Origin: Felis catus
Taxonomy: Eukaryota
Reading direction: 5' to 3'
Assembly: GCF_018350175.1 (NCBI RefSeq)
Contig: NC_058368.1
Span: 99,140,001 to 99,204,000 of the forward strand
DNA: 64,000 bases
This document shows positions 51,468 to 64,000 of the stretch, piece by piece. How positions within the stretch are numbered: position 1 is the stretch's first letter; each line of letters opens with the position of its first letter. The translations under genes were made by a program, and so were the position numbers. Under the pieces are notes generated by a model that did no database searches, was not told the DNA's origin, and worked only from the letters and a program-made list of their open reading frames with translations.

Positions 51468-51650
51468 AAATGTTTATTTTAGAGACAGACAGAGACAGAG
51501 ACAGAGCATGAGCAGGGGAGGGGAAAGAGAGAGGGAGACACACAATCGGAAGCAGGCTCCAGGTTCTGAGCTGTCAGAACAGAGCCCCGTGCAGGGCTTG
51601 AACTCACAGACTGTGAGATCATGACTTGAGCTGAAGGCTGATGAGCTACC
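51468..51650 (-). mobile_element. Older Can-SINE (host of the nested insertion)
   Basis: agagacagacagag...gcaggctccaggttctgagctgtcag...gagatcatgacttgagctgaag. Confidence 0.92.
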
Positions 51651-51699
51651 TAGGGCTTACCCTACAGTGACCTATGTGCTCCTTGTTGTCTACAGATCA

Positions 51700-51990
51700 T
51701 CACCTTTTTCATTATCATCCTTGATAAAATGGTGTGACTAGTAATAGCATACTCAGCCTAATGCAAAGTTTCAGTAAGTATAGCATCCAGCTGAACAACT
51801 GTGCTTCAGTTGTATGGAACAGGCAGAGCAAGGGAGACAAATGTGAGTATCATGACCCTGTTGTCTTCTGTGCCATAAGTAATAAAATCCTCTGTTGCTA
51901 ACCCAGGGATCTTGTATCTTCCACCATCATTCATGAAATTGGCAGCTAACCTTTTGGCTTTCAAGTAGAGTAAAGCCCCGAACTTTCATT
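51700..51990 (+). mobile_element. ERVL-type LTR 3' fragment (MER21/68/77-like)
   Basis: taagtaataaaatcctctg...cttgtatcttccaccatcattcatgaaa...caagtagagtaaagcccc; family from recall. Confidence 0.5.
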
Positions 51991-54078
51991 GATCTTGATA
52001 ATTTTTTTTTTAATGCTGGTAAAAGAAGACCTATTATCCATTAGTTGTAGTATTAATGGTCTTTTTAAAATTACTACTCTACAATATGGAATTGGAAAAC
52101 ACAAGTCATGTTTTATATAAATGTATATGTCATTATGTTCTTTGAAGCTTAAGATTCTGCAGATACTTACCAATATTTATTTTTTAAATAAATTTTTGTG
52201 GTCAGATGTAATTCATATAGGGGCTATTTATATATATGACTTTGAGGTTAACATAGCCAAAAATATAGGTTGCCGGTGCAATTCATTCTGATTCCATTTA
52301 AACTTCAATATTTCTAAAACTAGTATCCTAATATTTCATACATGTTATTTTTTTCACTGAGGATTGGGTTTATAGGTTTTCAGTTTGATTCTTTGTCTTT
52401 ATTGGTAGTTTATTTTTCTCAATGCTGTTTGAGAATTGATTATTCTGATAATTTGTACAACATGAAATATCTGTGTCTCAAATAAATCTGGTGCCAATAA
52501 AGTGGATTTTTACTTTCTGTTAAGAAGGTAAAATTAGTTAATTATAGGGTTTAACAAAGTATTTTAAGTAGCTCTTCTTTCACTCTTCTCAGAACAAATT
52601 AATATATCTATTTTACTAGATTACCTCTGGTATTTCTAAAAGCTTACATTTACCTTCAGTATTTGTTATATTATCTACCAGCATCATTTGGGAGGTCATT
52701 ATTTGACTCAGACCTAGATGGAAGACTTGTACATCATGTAATTACTTCACCTTGTGTCTGCCAAATAAAGCTTTTAGCATGTCTGACATAATCACATGTT
52801 TCATAAATTCCAACATTTCACAGTATGTGTTGAGCTTCAACTTCTTGCCAAAAGAATAGGTTTTATTCTTACAATCTGTACATTGGACACCCAGTTTCAA
52901 AATTATCTTAAATCTGTTCATTACCTATGGTAGAGGAACATTTTGTTTTTAATCTGTTAAAAATTAGTAGAGTTGTGGACAATTACATTGATTAGCCACC
53001 AATGGGCACATAACAACTTACTGGCCAGCAAAATGATTCTTCCCTATGTGAATTCTTGATCTTAAATTGACTCTCAGCCTGATGACAGACCAGGAATACT
53101 AGTGGAATCTATTTCAGGGTGCAAACCTTTCTTATTTTTTATGCCTTAAAACTTATGGTTGAAAGTAGCAAAGGGAATCTTCCTGCTAGTCTTCTAGTTA
53201 AGAACAGTGGAAAATAATGCAGTGGCGTTAGTGATCCGGAAATATTGAGACCATTGCTGTAAGTGTCTGTGAGCATTGAATTGACTTTATGCATTAATAC
53301 CAAACCTTGCTGATGTGATTTCAGGCACAGCAAACCATTGCTTGCCTAAAATTACAGTCTTCTGCTCATTCCTTAGTTGTAATCACCAGAGAAACAATGG
53401 ATCGAAATATAAAATATAATGGCTTGTTAAAATTTAAGTATAATATACAGGTCCTGTGATCTCTGTACATGTTTATTTCGCTCCATTATTCATTTTCCTG
53501 TGCTGTTATTAGCATAGTCCTGAGCAACTGCTTTTGCTTTTCCTCTCACGACGTCTTGATTTTCTTTTGTCTGCTCAGAAATTCATAGAGACCCTCTAGA
53601 CAGATTTTTTCCCCAGATAACAAAGATATATAGCTTTATAAAAAGAGCAGACATGATGATGTCTGTCTCTTGACTTTTACAAGAAAAATCATTTTGCTTT
53701 TGACAAAACTGCTTCTCATTCCCCTATTAATAATCTGTCATGTTCTTTTTCTCTGTTGAAATGTAATACTATGTCTTTTCTTTGATGAGATACACTGGAT
53801 AACAGGGCTCATGATTCACAGATGTAAAGTTGGGGGGAAATGATATGGTTTTATTACTCTCTCAGAAAAAATAAAACGATAGTTTTGGAGAAGGTAGGAG
53901 GTGAGAGAAAATGCTCAGTGACACTGTACCCTTTTTTCCTTCCTCGGGCCCCAGATAAATTTAAGGTTTGGTCATATTTAACACCATTAGTTTTGTAGTT
54001 ATCTGTGGAGCTTTGTTTTTTTTGATGGGGATTTTATTTTGAAACTATGTGAGCCTTTCTCAAGAAACCTGAGCTATT

Positions 54079-54295
54079 TGGGGTGCCTGCGTGGCTCAGT
54101 CGGTTAAGTGTTTGACTTTGGCTCAGGTCATGGTCTTTCAGTTTGTGAGTTCAAGCCCCACGTCGGGCTCTGTGCTGCCAGCTCAGAGCCTAGAGCCTGC
54201 TTCCGATTCTGTGTCTCCCTCTCTATCTGCCCCCTGCCCTGCTTACACTCTGTCTCTGTCTCTCAAAAAGGGAATAAACATTATTATTTCTTTTA
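54079..54295 (+). mobile_element. Can-SINE
   Basis: TSD aagaaacctgagct on both sides. Confidence 0.95.
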
Positions 54296-54534
54296 AAGAA
54301 ACCTGAGCTGTTCTTTGGTGAAAAGTGGGCTAAAAAAAAACTTGTAACATATGTAATGGTCCTCCTATCTGTTACCTCTGTCTGTGCCACTGTGAGGTCA
54401 TACCTTGGTTTTTTACCTCACCTACAAAGTACCTTTTCCTCCGTATATCCTCACTTGTAGCATCATCCTGCCTTTGAACTTGATACACCACCATATTCAT
54501 CTGTTCTTCTATGATGATGTTTCATTCCTCCATG

Positions 54535-54982
54535 GCAGATTTTTTCAACTTAGGCACTATTAACATTTTGGACTAGATAATTCTTTGCTGGGGTGGGAGA
54601 TGAAAAGTTGTTTTGTCCATTGTAGGATATTTACTAGCATCCCTGGCCTCTAACCGTTACATGAAAGTACTCTCCCCCCTTCCCTTGCTACACCAGTTAT
54701 AACAATAAAAAATATTGCTGGGGCACCTGTGTGGCTCCATTGTTTAATCATCAGACTCTTGATTTCAGCTCAGGTCATGATGTCACGGTTCTTGAGTTCC
54801 AGCCTCGCATCTGGTTCCGTGCTGACAGTGTGGAGCCTGCTTGGAATACTCTCTCTCCTTCTCTCTCTGCCCTCCTCTGCTCATGCTCTTTTTTAAATAA
54901 ATAGAAACTTAAAAAAAATATTGCTATACATTGCCAAATGTGTCCCCTGGGGTGAAAAAAAATTGCCCCTGATTGAAAACCT
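54535..54982. mobile_element. MER20 hAT element split by a SINE
   Basis: ggcactattaacattttggactagataattctttg...cattgtaggatatttactagcatccctggcctcta...acattgccaaatgtgtcccctgggg. Confidence 0.85.
54720..54912 (+). mobile_element. Can-SINE inserted in MER20
   Basis: TSD aaaaaatattgct. Confidence 0.93.
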
Positions 54983-55365
54983 AGTCCCTGTGATGTTATT
55001 GCAGTTTCTTGTTTTGTTTTGTTTTATCCTATGCAAGAAGAATTTATCTTTTAGTTGAGTTTCTTCCCTTCATTCTTCTCATTCACCTGCACCAATTCTT
55101 GAAAACACTAGATATTAGGTAGGATGTTTTCTTCTCAGCTGACCAGTGTTAAAGAGTATAGTAATCACCCATCAACGCTGGGTTGTCTATTTCTTCTTCA
55201 AGTGCCTACATCTTTTGTTCTAGAGGCTGGGAAGCAATCCAAATATGTGACTGTCTTATTTTCATTAAACAGTACAAGCAGTTCCTCTAACAAATCACCT
55301 CAAGGTCTTAAGTCAAATTATCTCAACTTATATCTTTAGTTTCAGACAAAACTCTTAGCAGTGTC

Positions 55366-55608
55366 TTTTTTTTAAAGAATTTATTTTATATTTTTAAAAT
55401 TTTTTAAATGTTTATTTATTTTTGAGAGAGACAGAGACAGAGCGTGAGTGCGGGAGAGGCAGAGAGAGAGGGAGACATAGAATCCAGAGCAACTCCGGGC
55501 TCTGAGTTGTCAGCACAGAGCCTGTTGCAGGGCTCATTCTCACAGACTGTGAGACTATGACCTGAGCTGAAGTTGGACACTTAACTGACTGAGCCACCCA
55601 CCTGCCCT
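55366..55608 (-). mobile_element. Can-SINE
   Basis: Reverse SINE with T-rich tail. Confidence 0.93.
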
Positions 55609-55619
55609 ACACACTTTGT

Positions 55620-56225
55620 TTTTGAGATTTACCACAAAATTTAGAGGAAAGCACAGGGATTTTCCATATAATCCCTGTCCCTCCCACACACACATGCATA
55701 GCCTTTCATATCATCAGCATCCCCCACCCAAATGGTGTACCTTTTACCAAGGATGAACCTGACCCAATACATGATAATCACTTAAAGTCCATGGTTTACC
55801 TTAGAATTCACTCTTGGATACATTATGTGGATTTGGACAAATATATAATGACATAACATCCATTATTAGAACATACAGACTATTTCACTGCCCTAAAAAT
55901 TTCTGTAGTCTGCCTATTTCTCACTTCGCAATCCTCCACTGTCTCAGTGACTCCCCAGCAACTGCTGATCTTTTTTATTGTCTCCATGGTTTCTCCTTTT
56001 CCAGAAGGTCATATAGTTGGAATCATACAGCGTGAAACCTTTTTATATTGGCTTCTTTCACTCTGGATTATGCACTTAAGTTTCTTCCATGTCCTTTCAT
56101 GGCTTAATAGCTCTTGTCTTTTCAGTGCTGAATAATATTCCATTGTCTGGATGAACCACAGTTTCTTGATCCATTCATCTACTGAAGGACATCTTAAATG
56201 CTTCCCAAGTTTGGCAATTATAAAA
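55620..56225 (-). mobile_element. Old L1 (L1MC/MB-like) 3' UTR fragment
   Basis: catcccccacc...gatgaacct...aaagtccatggtttaccttag...tcatatagttggaatcatacag...gctgaataatattccattgtctggatg. Confidence 0.85.
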
Positions 56226-56364
56226 GCAGCAACTTTTTACAATATACAGGTTCTCTTATTACCCTGTCTTACCCTATGAACAGCAGTTTGTTTGGGCTTG
56301 GATTTTACCTGTCAATGGCGTTATGTGCCTTGTAGTTTCAGAATATTTCTCAAAACACAGTTTA

Positions 56365-56572
56365 TTTATTTTCTTTTTTAAAGTTTATTTATTTTGATAG
56401 ATATAGCACAAGTGGGGGAGGGGAAGAGGGCAAAGGAGACAGAATCCCAAGCAGGCTGCACCCTGTCAGTGCAGAGCCTGATGCAGAACTCAAACTCACG
56501 AACTATGAGATCAGGACCTGAGCCAAAGTCAAGAGTTGGACGTTTAACCAACTGAGCCACCCAGATGCCCCC
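56365..56572 (-). mobile_element. Can-SINE
   Basis: TSD aaacacagttta / aaacccagttta. Confidence 0.93.
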
Positions 56573-56752
56573 AAACCCAGTTTAAATCATAGTCCAGTTC
56601 TAGAGTTGGGAGATTTTAACTGCCACAGGCTATAATGCATCTCACTGCTGGGATTTGAGCACTGTCTATGTAAGGGTGTAGGAGCGAGATGTTGACAGGG
56701 CATGAAATCACTAGAGATAGTTCCCACAGGGATTTCCGAGGAGGAGAAAAGC

Positions 56753-56809
56753 TGTGTGTGTGCATGTGTGTGTATGTGCGTGCGTGTGTGTGTGTGTGTG
56801 TGTGTGTGT
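56753..56809. repeat. Imperfect (TG)n microsatellite
   Basis: Read directly. Confidence 0.9.
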
Positions 56810-58069
56810 AGGGAAGGACAGCGGGAGGGAAGGTTTTACTTCCTAACCATTGTTCTAAGCCTTTCTCTACTTCTCTTTCTTGTTACTATCTACTGTTTCT
56901 TACTAGGTTTTTCTGATAATTGTGATTATGGCATATCTTTCTGTACACAAATAGCAGAGGAGGATGCCTCTGTATTTTAGAGGGAAGTGACCAGTTTTTC
57001 ACTGCAGTGAAGGCTGGTCCAAGCTCTGAAGTGAAAAGCCAGAAGAGCCTCTGGATATGTAAGCGGGAAGGGAGGAAATGAGACTGTGGATGCAGAAAGA
57101 AGAAAGTGTCCCTAATAGCTATTGAATATGTTACAGGAAAATGGATTCAATTAGTTCTGACATTTAGAAAGAGTGCTTGCTTCTTTTATTTATTTATTAT
57201 TATTATTTTTTTTTTGTAAAGACCTACAGAGTGTTTGAAATGAAGTTGTCTCACTGTGCAGGCTTTTAAATTTTATATATACCTCGGAGTATTATCCCTT
57301 AGGGGAATATCTTAAATCCTCTAAAGAAATGAGGTGAAGCATCAAAACACATTACACACTGAAAACTTACTTCCTAGTTGAAAACCTGTGATTTTTAAAT
57401 AAACTCTGGCTTCTTCTGGATATAAATTTTTAGAGATAAGTTAAGTTGCAAAGGTAAGAATTACCACTCTGTAAACATCAAGATTAACAAAAATATACTT
57501 CCCAAGAGTGTAACTATAATCTCAACTTTATTGGATTAATATTTATCCTAGCACTCTATAAAAAAATTCAGAAGATAAAATAATTATTGTTAAAAAGCTG
57601 GGTATGTTAGTGACCTAGATAAATAATTTCCCATCAACAAAAGACCCCATTTTCATGAAAGGTTTGTTTTTGTTACCTCATGATTAATGTAATGAACTTA
57701 AACTTGAGAATGAATATAAGTGCATGTATATATTAAATATTTAAATCTGTTTTTCAGCCAAAATAATTGAATACAGTGTCCTCCCACAGCAGCCTCTAAT
57801 CTCCAGGAGATTAACAGTATCAAGTACTCTCTAATGTAACATTGAGACGACAAGCAGTAAATCAAAAATAATTCTGTTACCAAATAAACCGAAGAGAAAC
57901 CAAATTATGAAGTAGAAGCATCAAATGATAAAAGTAATTCTATAAGAAGACAAAATGCAGTAGAGATAAGAGAACATTTGAAACAAAGGTCATTACTAGT
58001 CTCATAAAGATAAAAGATACATAATCTTCATAAATCAAATAGAAAAGGGTACTATTAAAAAATTGGGGT

Positions 58070-58272
58070 GGGGGAATGCCTGAGTGGTTCAGTCAGTTAA
58101 GCATGTGACTCTTGGTTTCAGCTCACTTCATGATCTCATGGTTTGTGAGCTCGAGCCCTATATCAGCCTGACAGTCTGGAGCCTGCTTGGGATTTTCTCT
58201 CTCCTCTCTCTTTCTGCTCCTACCCCACTTATGCTGTCTCTCTTGCAAAATAAATATACTTCATAAAAAAAA
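58070..58272 (+). mobile_element. Can-SINE
   Basis: gcctgagtggttcagtcagttaagc head, A tail. Confidence 0.9.
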
Positions 58273-58353
58273 TTGGGATCTTGAAATTTTTAAATTGTGG
58301 TTGCAGAAGAAAAACATACACTGAAGTAAACTTCAGTGGAAGAATGAAGTAGT

Positions 58354-58539
58354 GGGGCACCTGGTGGCTTGGTCATTTGAGCATCTGACTTCAGCTCAGG
58401 TCATGATCTCACAGTTTGTGGGTTTGAGCCCCACATCAGGATCACTGCTGTCTGTGTGGAGCCCCCTTCAGATCTTCTGTACCCCTCCCTCTCTGCCCCC
58501 CCCTCTCTCTGTCTCAAAAATAAACAAAAATTAAAAAAA
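58354..58539 (+). mobile_element. Can-SINE
   Basis: ggggcacctggtggct head, A tail. Confidence 0.9.
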
Positions 58540-61234
58540 GGATTAAGTAGTAAAATGAAATAAATTAGAGAAATTATTGAGCTGGAAGCTTAATCTAGGG
58601 AAATACATTGAAACTGCCACGAGGATTTCTTCTGTACAAACAGTAGAAGGGAATAGAATAAAAGGAACAAAATAACCAAGAAATAATGGGAGAAAATATC
58701 CTAATGCTTAAGAAAGACGTACTGAATGTGCTCTTACTAGCCAAAAAAGGAGTAACAAAAAACATCCTGTACAATAATGAAAGTGGCATTTTGGTCCATT
58801 CAGAAAATACATTCAGAAATCTGAGAATAAATAGAACTTTTCAGCAAACATCAGGAAAGTGTCAGAACAGTTTCAAAGTGCTCATTGGTATTATTACCTG
58901 TATCTAAGAGGGAAACAAACAAACAAACAAAAAAAACAGAGCCATGGCTTTTAAGAGGGTTCCCCAAAATATAATACTAAATAATTATGCAAATATAATG
59001 TAAAAGACAAAACTAAGAGATAAAGAAGTACAAGTACCTTCTTGGTGGTAGACTATGTACAGCTTTGTGTATATACAAACCAAAAGACCTGGAAAAAATG
59101 TAGGATAGAGAGTCAAAAACAAACGTAAAATACAACTGCACATTAGTGATCACAGTAAGTGGTTATGAGTGAAATCCTTAAACACCAGAGATTCTCATTT
59201 CAGCAAGGAATAAACCATTGCAACATAGGCCACTCTGTGATTTTTAAATGACATATCAAAATAAATGAGTCAGAAGATTTTAAGATAATAGCAAAGGAAA
59301 ATGTGGATATGAACAATGTTTACAAAGTGATTAATCGCGGGAATATTAATATTAAGAAAATCACCTACATATCAGGACATCCAAGAGGAACTCAGATTCC
59401 ACTCACAATGGATTGAAAGCACTAAAAGATAGAACAAGACTCTTAACAGGAGATGTTCAGTCCCTATTTGAAGAATTAACTAAGGCTTCACTGAGGTGTA
59501 CAAGAAAAGATTTGAGTAGATGGAGATAATTATGTGCTATTTATTGGAAGAATTAAATATAATGCCTTTGTGATTTACTGTATGACGTCAAAACACATGT
59601 GCATTCTAGTAAAAGTCTTTAATGGACATCATCATGCTAATTCCTAATTTTATGTTGAAGAGAATAACTAATGCAATAAAGTAGATGCAAATTCTCTTCC
59701 ACATCGAAATGTACTATAATGTTACAATAAAATATATTTGTGTTTGCTCAGGATCAGAATTTTTTTTCCCATTGTTTTTTTGGACTCAGTTTGAATTGCT
59801 GAAAACAAAGATTCTGAGGGAGAGTTTAGCTCACCTTCAAGACTGACAGCTGAGGAAGATGGCAGAATGAAGCAGCACTGGACAGAAGGAGGTGGTGAAT
59901 GTGATACAGGCCCAACAATTGCCTCAGCCCACACCACTGAGAGCTCTGGAGCCCCAGGGGCTTGTGTAGTAGTGGCCTTTGTACTCTTCTTGGATTGGTT
60001 ATTGGTGTAAACTCCCCCAACAGGTCAGGCCCTTGGATGATGTTGCCCTGTGTAGCTGAGGAAGCCTCCAAGGAGTGACATATGATGTTGTCTGCTGACT
60101 CCCTATAGCTGTGACAAGTACTTCCTTCAAGCAGTGTGTGAAAGTCACAGTATACTGTCCTCTTGGAATATTAGTGATACATTTGTCAAAATTTTAGTGT
60201 GTCGCTTCTTGTCCACCAGACTGCATAAAAGCCTTGTCCCTTGTGAAGGTTTTGTTCAAACTGTCTCTCCTTAATTCTTTTGACTTACAATGCTCAAGCT
60301 CATGTGTTTTCAAATATTTCAACATATGGAGAGGGCAGAGAATAAACATGGTGAACTCTACGTGATAACCACTGTAGTCTCAATTTTTAAATTGCTTGAT
60401 TTTATTTATAAAATTAATGTCAATTCAGTGAAGAAAATTAGCACATGAAACACAGGACAGAAAAGTCATTACCAAAAAGGTAAATATTATTCATATAGCC
60501 ATTAATGAGTACATTTTTCTAGAGTGGTCTCATCTGCTTATCATATTCTCCTATAATACAATTAGTTAACAATACAGGAAAATATTATTTGAAGTAAATA
60601 AATATGTGTATATAACATGTTTTAAGCTTCTCTCCTGCATACATTATAAAGAAGTATGATCTATTTAACTAACTCTCTAGTGTTAGGAATTTATTTTGCC
60701 GTTATAAATTTATAGATAAACAATCCTGGACAATCCATGTTTGCACAAAGTCAGACGACTGTTTTAGTTAAATTGGGAATGGCTGTTCTGTCCTTATTCT
60801 GTGGCCTGCTCAAGAATTGGATCATTTCATATTTTAGGAATAAAGCAGGCAAAATAGATTTGTGTCCAAATGAATAACAGAGAAGCTCTTCACAGTCAAG
60901 GTGAGAGCCAGACAGAAGTATCGTAAACCACAACCCTTTGGCTGACTATCTAAGACTCCAGGGACAATACTTCATGAACATTAAAGGCAAATAGCATGAA
61001 AATAAGAGACAAATGCATTTCAATAGAGATGATCTTCCTAATTTTATGACTCTCTGGAAGATCATTTCTTCACATTTCCTTCCTGCGGCCCCACCCCCCC
61101 CCTTGCCAACATTTTAAGTGAATCAATACAAGAAAAGAAAATAGGACACTTTCTCCAGAGATTTTAAGATTAGTTTCAGTTTGATGAGGACGTTGGAACT
61201 GAACACAAATACCTAACATAAAAGTTTATCTGGA

Positions 61235-61450
61235 GGGGCGCCTGGGTGGCGCAGTCGGTTAAGCGTCCGACTTCAGCCAGGTCATGATCTCGCGATCCGT
61301 GAGTTCGAGCCCCGTGTCAGGCTCTGGGCTGATGGCTCAGAGCCTGGAGCCTGCTTCCGAATCTGTGTCTCCCTCTCTCTCTGCCCCTCCCCCGTTCATG
61401 CTCTGTCTCTCTCTGTCCCAAAAATAAATAAACATTGAAAAAAATTTTTT
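61235..61450 (+). mobile_element. Young felid-type Can-SINE
   Basis: ggggcgcctgggtggcgcagtcggttaagcgtccgacttcagccagg; 15-bp TSD aaaagtttatctgga / aaaagttgatctgga. Confidence 0.97.
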
Positions 61451-63810
61451 AAAAGTTGATCTGGAAAAAAAATTGGATACTAACATTTCATGGATGTTTT
61501 TCTTCCAATGGAAAAGAAATGAGAAAATGACATCTTAGTCTAGAACACTGGGAATTGTAAATATCTAAAAATCTTAAAAAAATAAAATAAAAACTTGTCA
61601 GAAATGTAAATATTTGTGACTAGTGCAAAGTGATCTGCAATAATTTGAAACATTTATTTTCCTAGTGATCTACTCTTGTGTTCCAACCCTATGAAAATTG
61701 TCTATTTTTGGATTACCCATATATCATCAAAACATGATGATTGTTAGTGCGCTAAAACTGAAGTTTCCTTGTATGGTTTTATGTATTGCTTTTTCTTTTA
61801 AAACAGCAAGAAAGAAAAAAAATTTTCCATTTCCTTTTCATTATAATAATGTAGGATTTAAAACTCCTTTTTGTTGATTCCTCCTATTATTCCTCACATC
61901 TGGTATGGATTACAACTTTAGGTCCCTGCTGAACAGAAATCTGATAGCCCATTCTTTTCTGATTTCTGCATTTATAGAAAGGAAAGGGGAAAAAAAAAAG
62001 CCAATTTCCCCTAACATTTTAGCCCCTTTACTCTTCTTTCCACTATAACTTCACCTTATTCCTGATGTTTACTTCCATTAACTATTGCATAGTTAACCAA
62101 TTGTCATGGTCAAGAGTCCTGATGTCACAGCCCTTCCTGTAGCAGGCATAAAAAAAGCAGCAGGATATAAATGGGCACGCAAAGAAACATGAAGCTCCAA
62201 CAAGGATGAAAGGAATTGGGTTTTACTCCCTTCATAGCTTAAGGAAAACAAAATATATAATGGAATTTTTTGGTGTGTTTCAGCAAGTAATCTATCAGTT
62301 TACATAAATTGTTGGTGATTATAGTCCCTGTGCAAAATCTGTGTGTCCTAATGGAAACAATTTGAACTGATGAAAATGGAAAGATTCTACCCTGATAATG
62401 ATGAGACGTAGTTTACAAATGATACCGTAATCCAGAAATTCAGTTGATTCTGAGCCTTTTTCCTAACCAATTGTTGCTAAATGGTTATCTGAAACCTAGT
62501 GAACAGGAATGCTGCAAAACGGGGTCAAGTCACTGCACACAGGTTAAGGTTGTGGCTTTTGGCAACAGCGTAGGAAAATGAAGGCAGCCAATATGTTCTT
62601 GTTATTTCTCCATGAGTGTAGGAAACCCGTTCCTGGCCATTGTGGTTTCACTTGAGCTGTTTGTATGACACAATTTCCCAGGCTCTCACTCTTTACCAGG
62701 AATCCGAGGATCGATATCCGTGCTTACTTTGGCTTCCTTGAGATAGGAGCCAACAAGAAGGAGTGAAACCCAAAATTTGATGATGATCAAGGGCTCTGGG
62801 CTCCTTTTTAAGTCACCACTCCACTCATCTTATTCTTTGTGTCTGCTTCCAAAGTTTCCCTTCTCTTTATCCCATGCATCTATTTAATGTGGGGACATAA
62901 TGTAGTTTCTCAGAAATAGTGTGTCATCATTGTTTACCAGTGGTCGGATCCCATTGGAGAGCACAAATGTGGGAAGGGCTTAGTTCTGGCTTAGGCTCTA
63001 CCACTAACCTGTGTCATTGTGATCAGGGCCTGTAGACCTTTGGCACCTAGGGAGGCACACAACAAAAAGCAACATATGAGCCTTCTAGACTCTTGTCTGA
63101 CAGACAAACCAACTAATGTGTACACATTTTGTGTTTCCTTTGTGCTCAGCATTTTAATGAAATGGAATGAATAGAAACACTCTTATCATATACTAGGAGC
63201 TGTGAATTTTATTTTTAAGCTGGTACTTTGTGGGCAGCATTTATAATGGCTATCATAAAGCTCCTTGTTTTTGTAAGACCACAGGCAAATGATAATATGA
63301 CCGAGATAAATTAGCCCTTGTACTTTTATCTCTTTAGGACTTAGAGATTTCATCTTTCATATTAGTTCATTTCCCAGGGAAAATAGGGCATTAAAAAGGG
63401 GCAATTGGCAGGAGTTTCATAAGGGGTTTTAACAAATGTTAATGGAAACCAAGAGGGAAGGGTGAATGAGTCCAGTACTAACAGTAGTGGGAAGTTGCTC
63501 CTCTCTGTGGGCTTGTAGAGACTGGAGGGGAGAGCTATCCAATGACTGTGCAGGAGTAGTGACATTTGGAAGAATAACACCTGCTCTGTCAACCTGCTGC
63601 CTTGGCAGGAAGGGAGCTGGGGAATCAGCACCCCAATGGTTCTCTCCTCCCACCCTTTGGTCTGTGGCCAGGAGCTTAATGTTCAAACACAACCAGGCTA
63701 CAATATGAAACAGTCTTTGGTAGTTGTCTGAACAGAACATGGTGAAGATGATTAGAAAAGGGACGTGAGGGGACAAATGGGGAATGATCTATACATCTAT
63801 AAATTGAAGC

Positions 63811-64000
63811 TTTTATTTTATTTTTATTTTATTTTAATGTTTATTTATTTTTGAGAGACAGAGAGTGAGCATGGGAGGGGCAGAGAGAGAAGGAGACACA
63901 GAATCAGAAGCAGGCTCCAGGCTCTGAGCTGTCAGCACAGAGCCCCACGTGGGGCTTGAACTCACAAACAGAGAGATCATGACATGAGCCAAAGTCAGAG
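63811..64000 (-). mobile_element. Can-SINE cut by the window end
   Basis: T-rich tail, gagagacagag..., gagatcatgacatgagccaaagtcag. Confidence 0.95.

Noticed and set aside
59583..59590. Perfect CRE TGACGTCA
   Set aside because: Isolated 8-mer in degraded L1-like sequence with no nearby gene start.

Overview
Mammalian genomic DNA from a carnivore, most likely a felid, judged from about 27 tRNA-derived Can-SINEs and a feline-type L1 3' end. The window is AT-rich and dense in repeats. One protein-coding gene is well supported: a + strand FAM170A-family (ZNFD-like) C2H2 zinc-finger gene at 28063-40185, of which the ORF track shows only parts. Reading splice sites by eye gives a 70-nt first coding exon, FIVE tandem diverged phase-1/phase-1 exons (135, 141, 114, 135, 150 nt) and a 689-nt last coding exon. 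Four of the five clearly resemble the single exon 2 of canonical FAM170A; the 114-nt one is weaker. Joined, they give an uninterrupted 477-aa ORF. This exon array, which can be skipped in any combination without a frameshift, is the main discovery candidate. Other points: a basic C-terminal tail ending at a stop codon that overlaps AATAAA, a 5'-inverted (twin-primed) L1 insertion, a perfect 52-bp AT-rich palindrome and nested inverted SINEs. All homology statements rest on recalled sequences, not database searches. Repeat boundaries and subfamily names are approximate.
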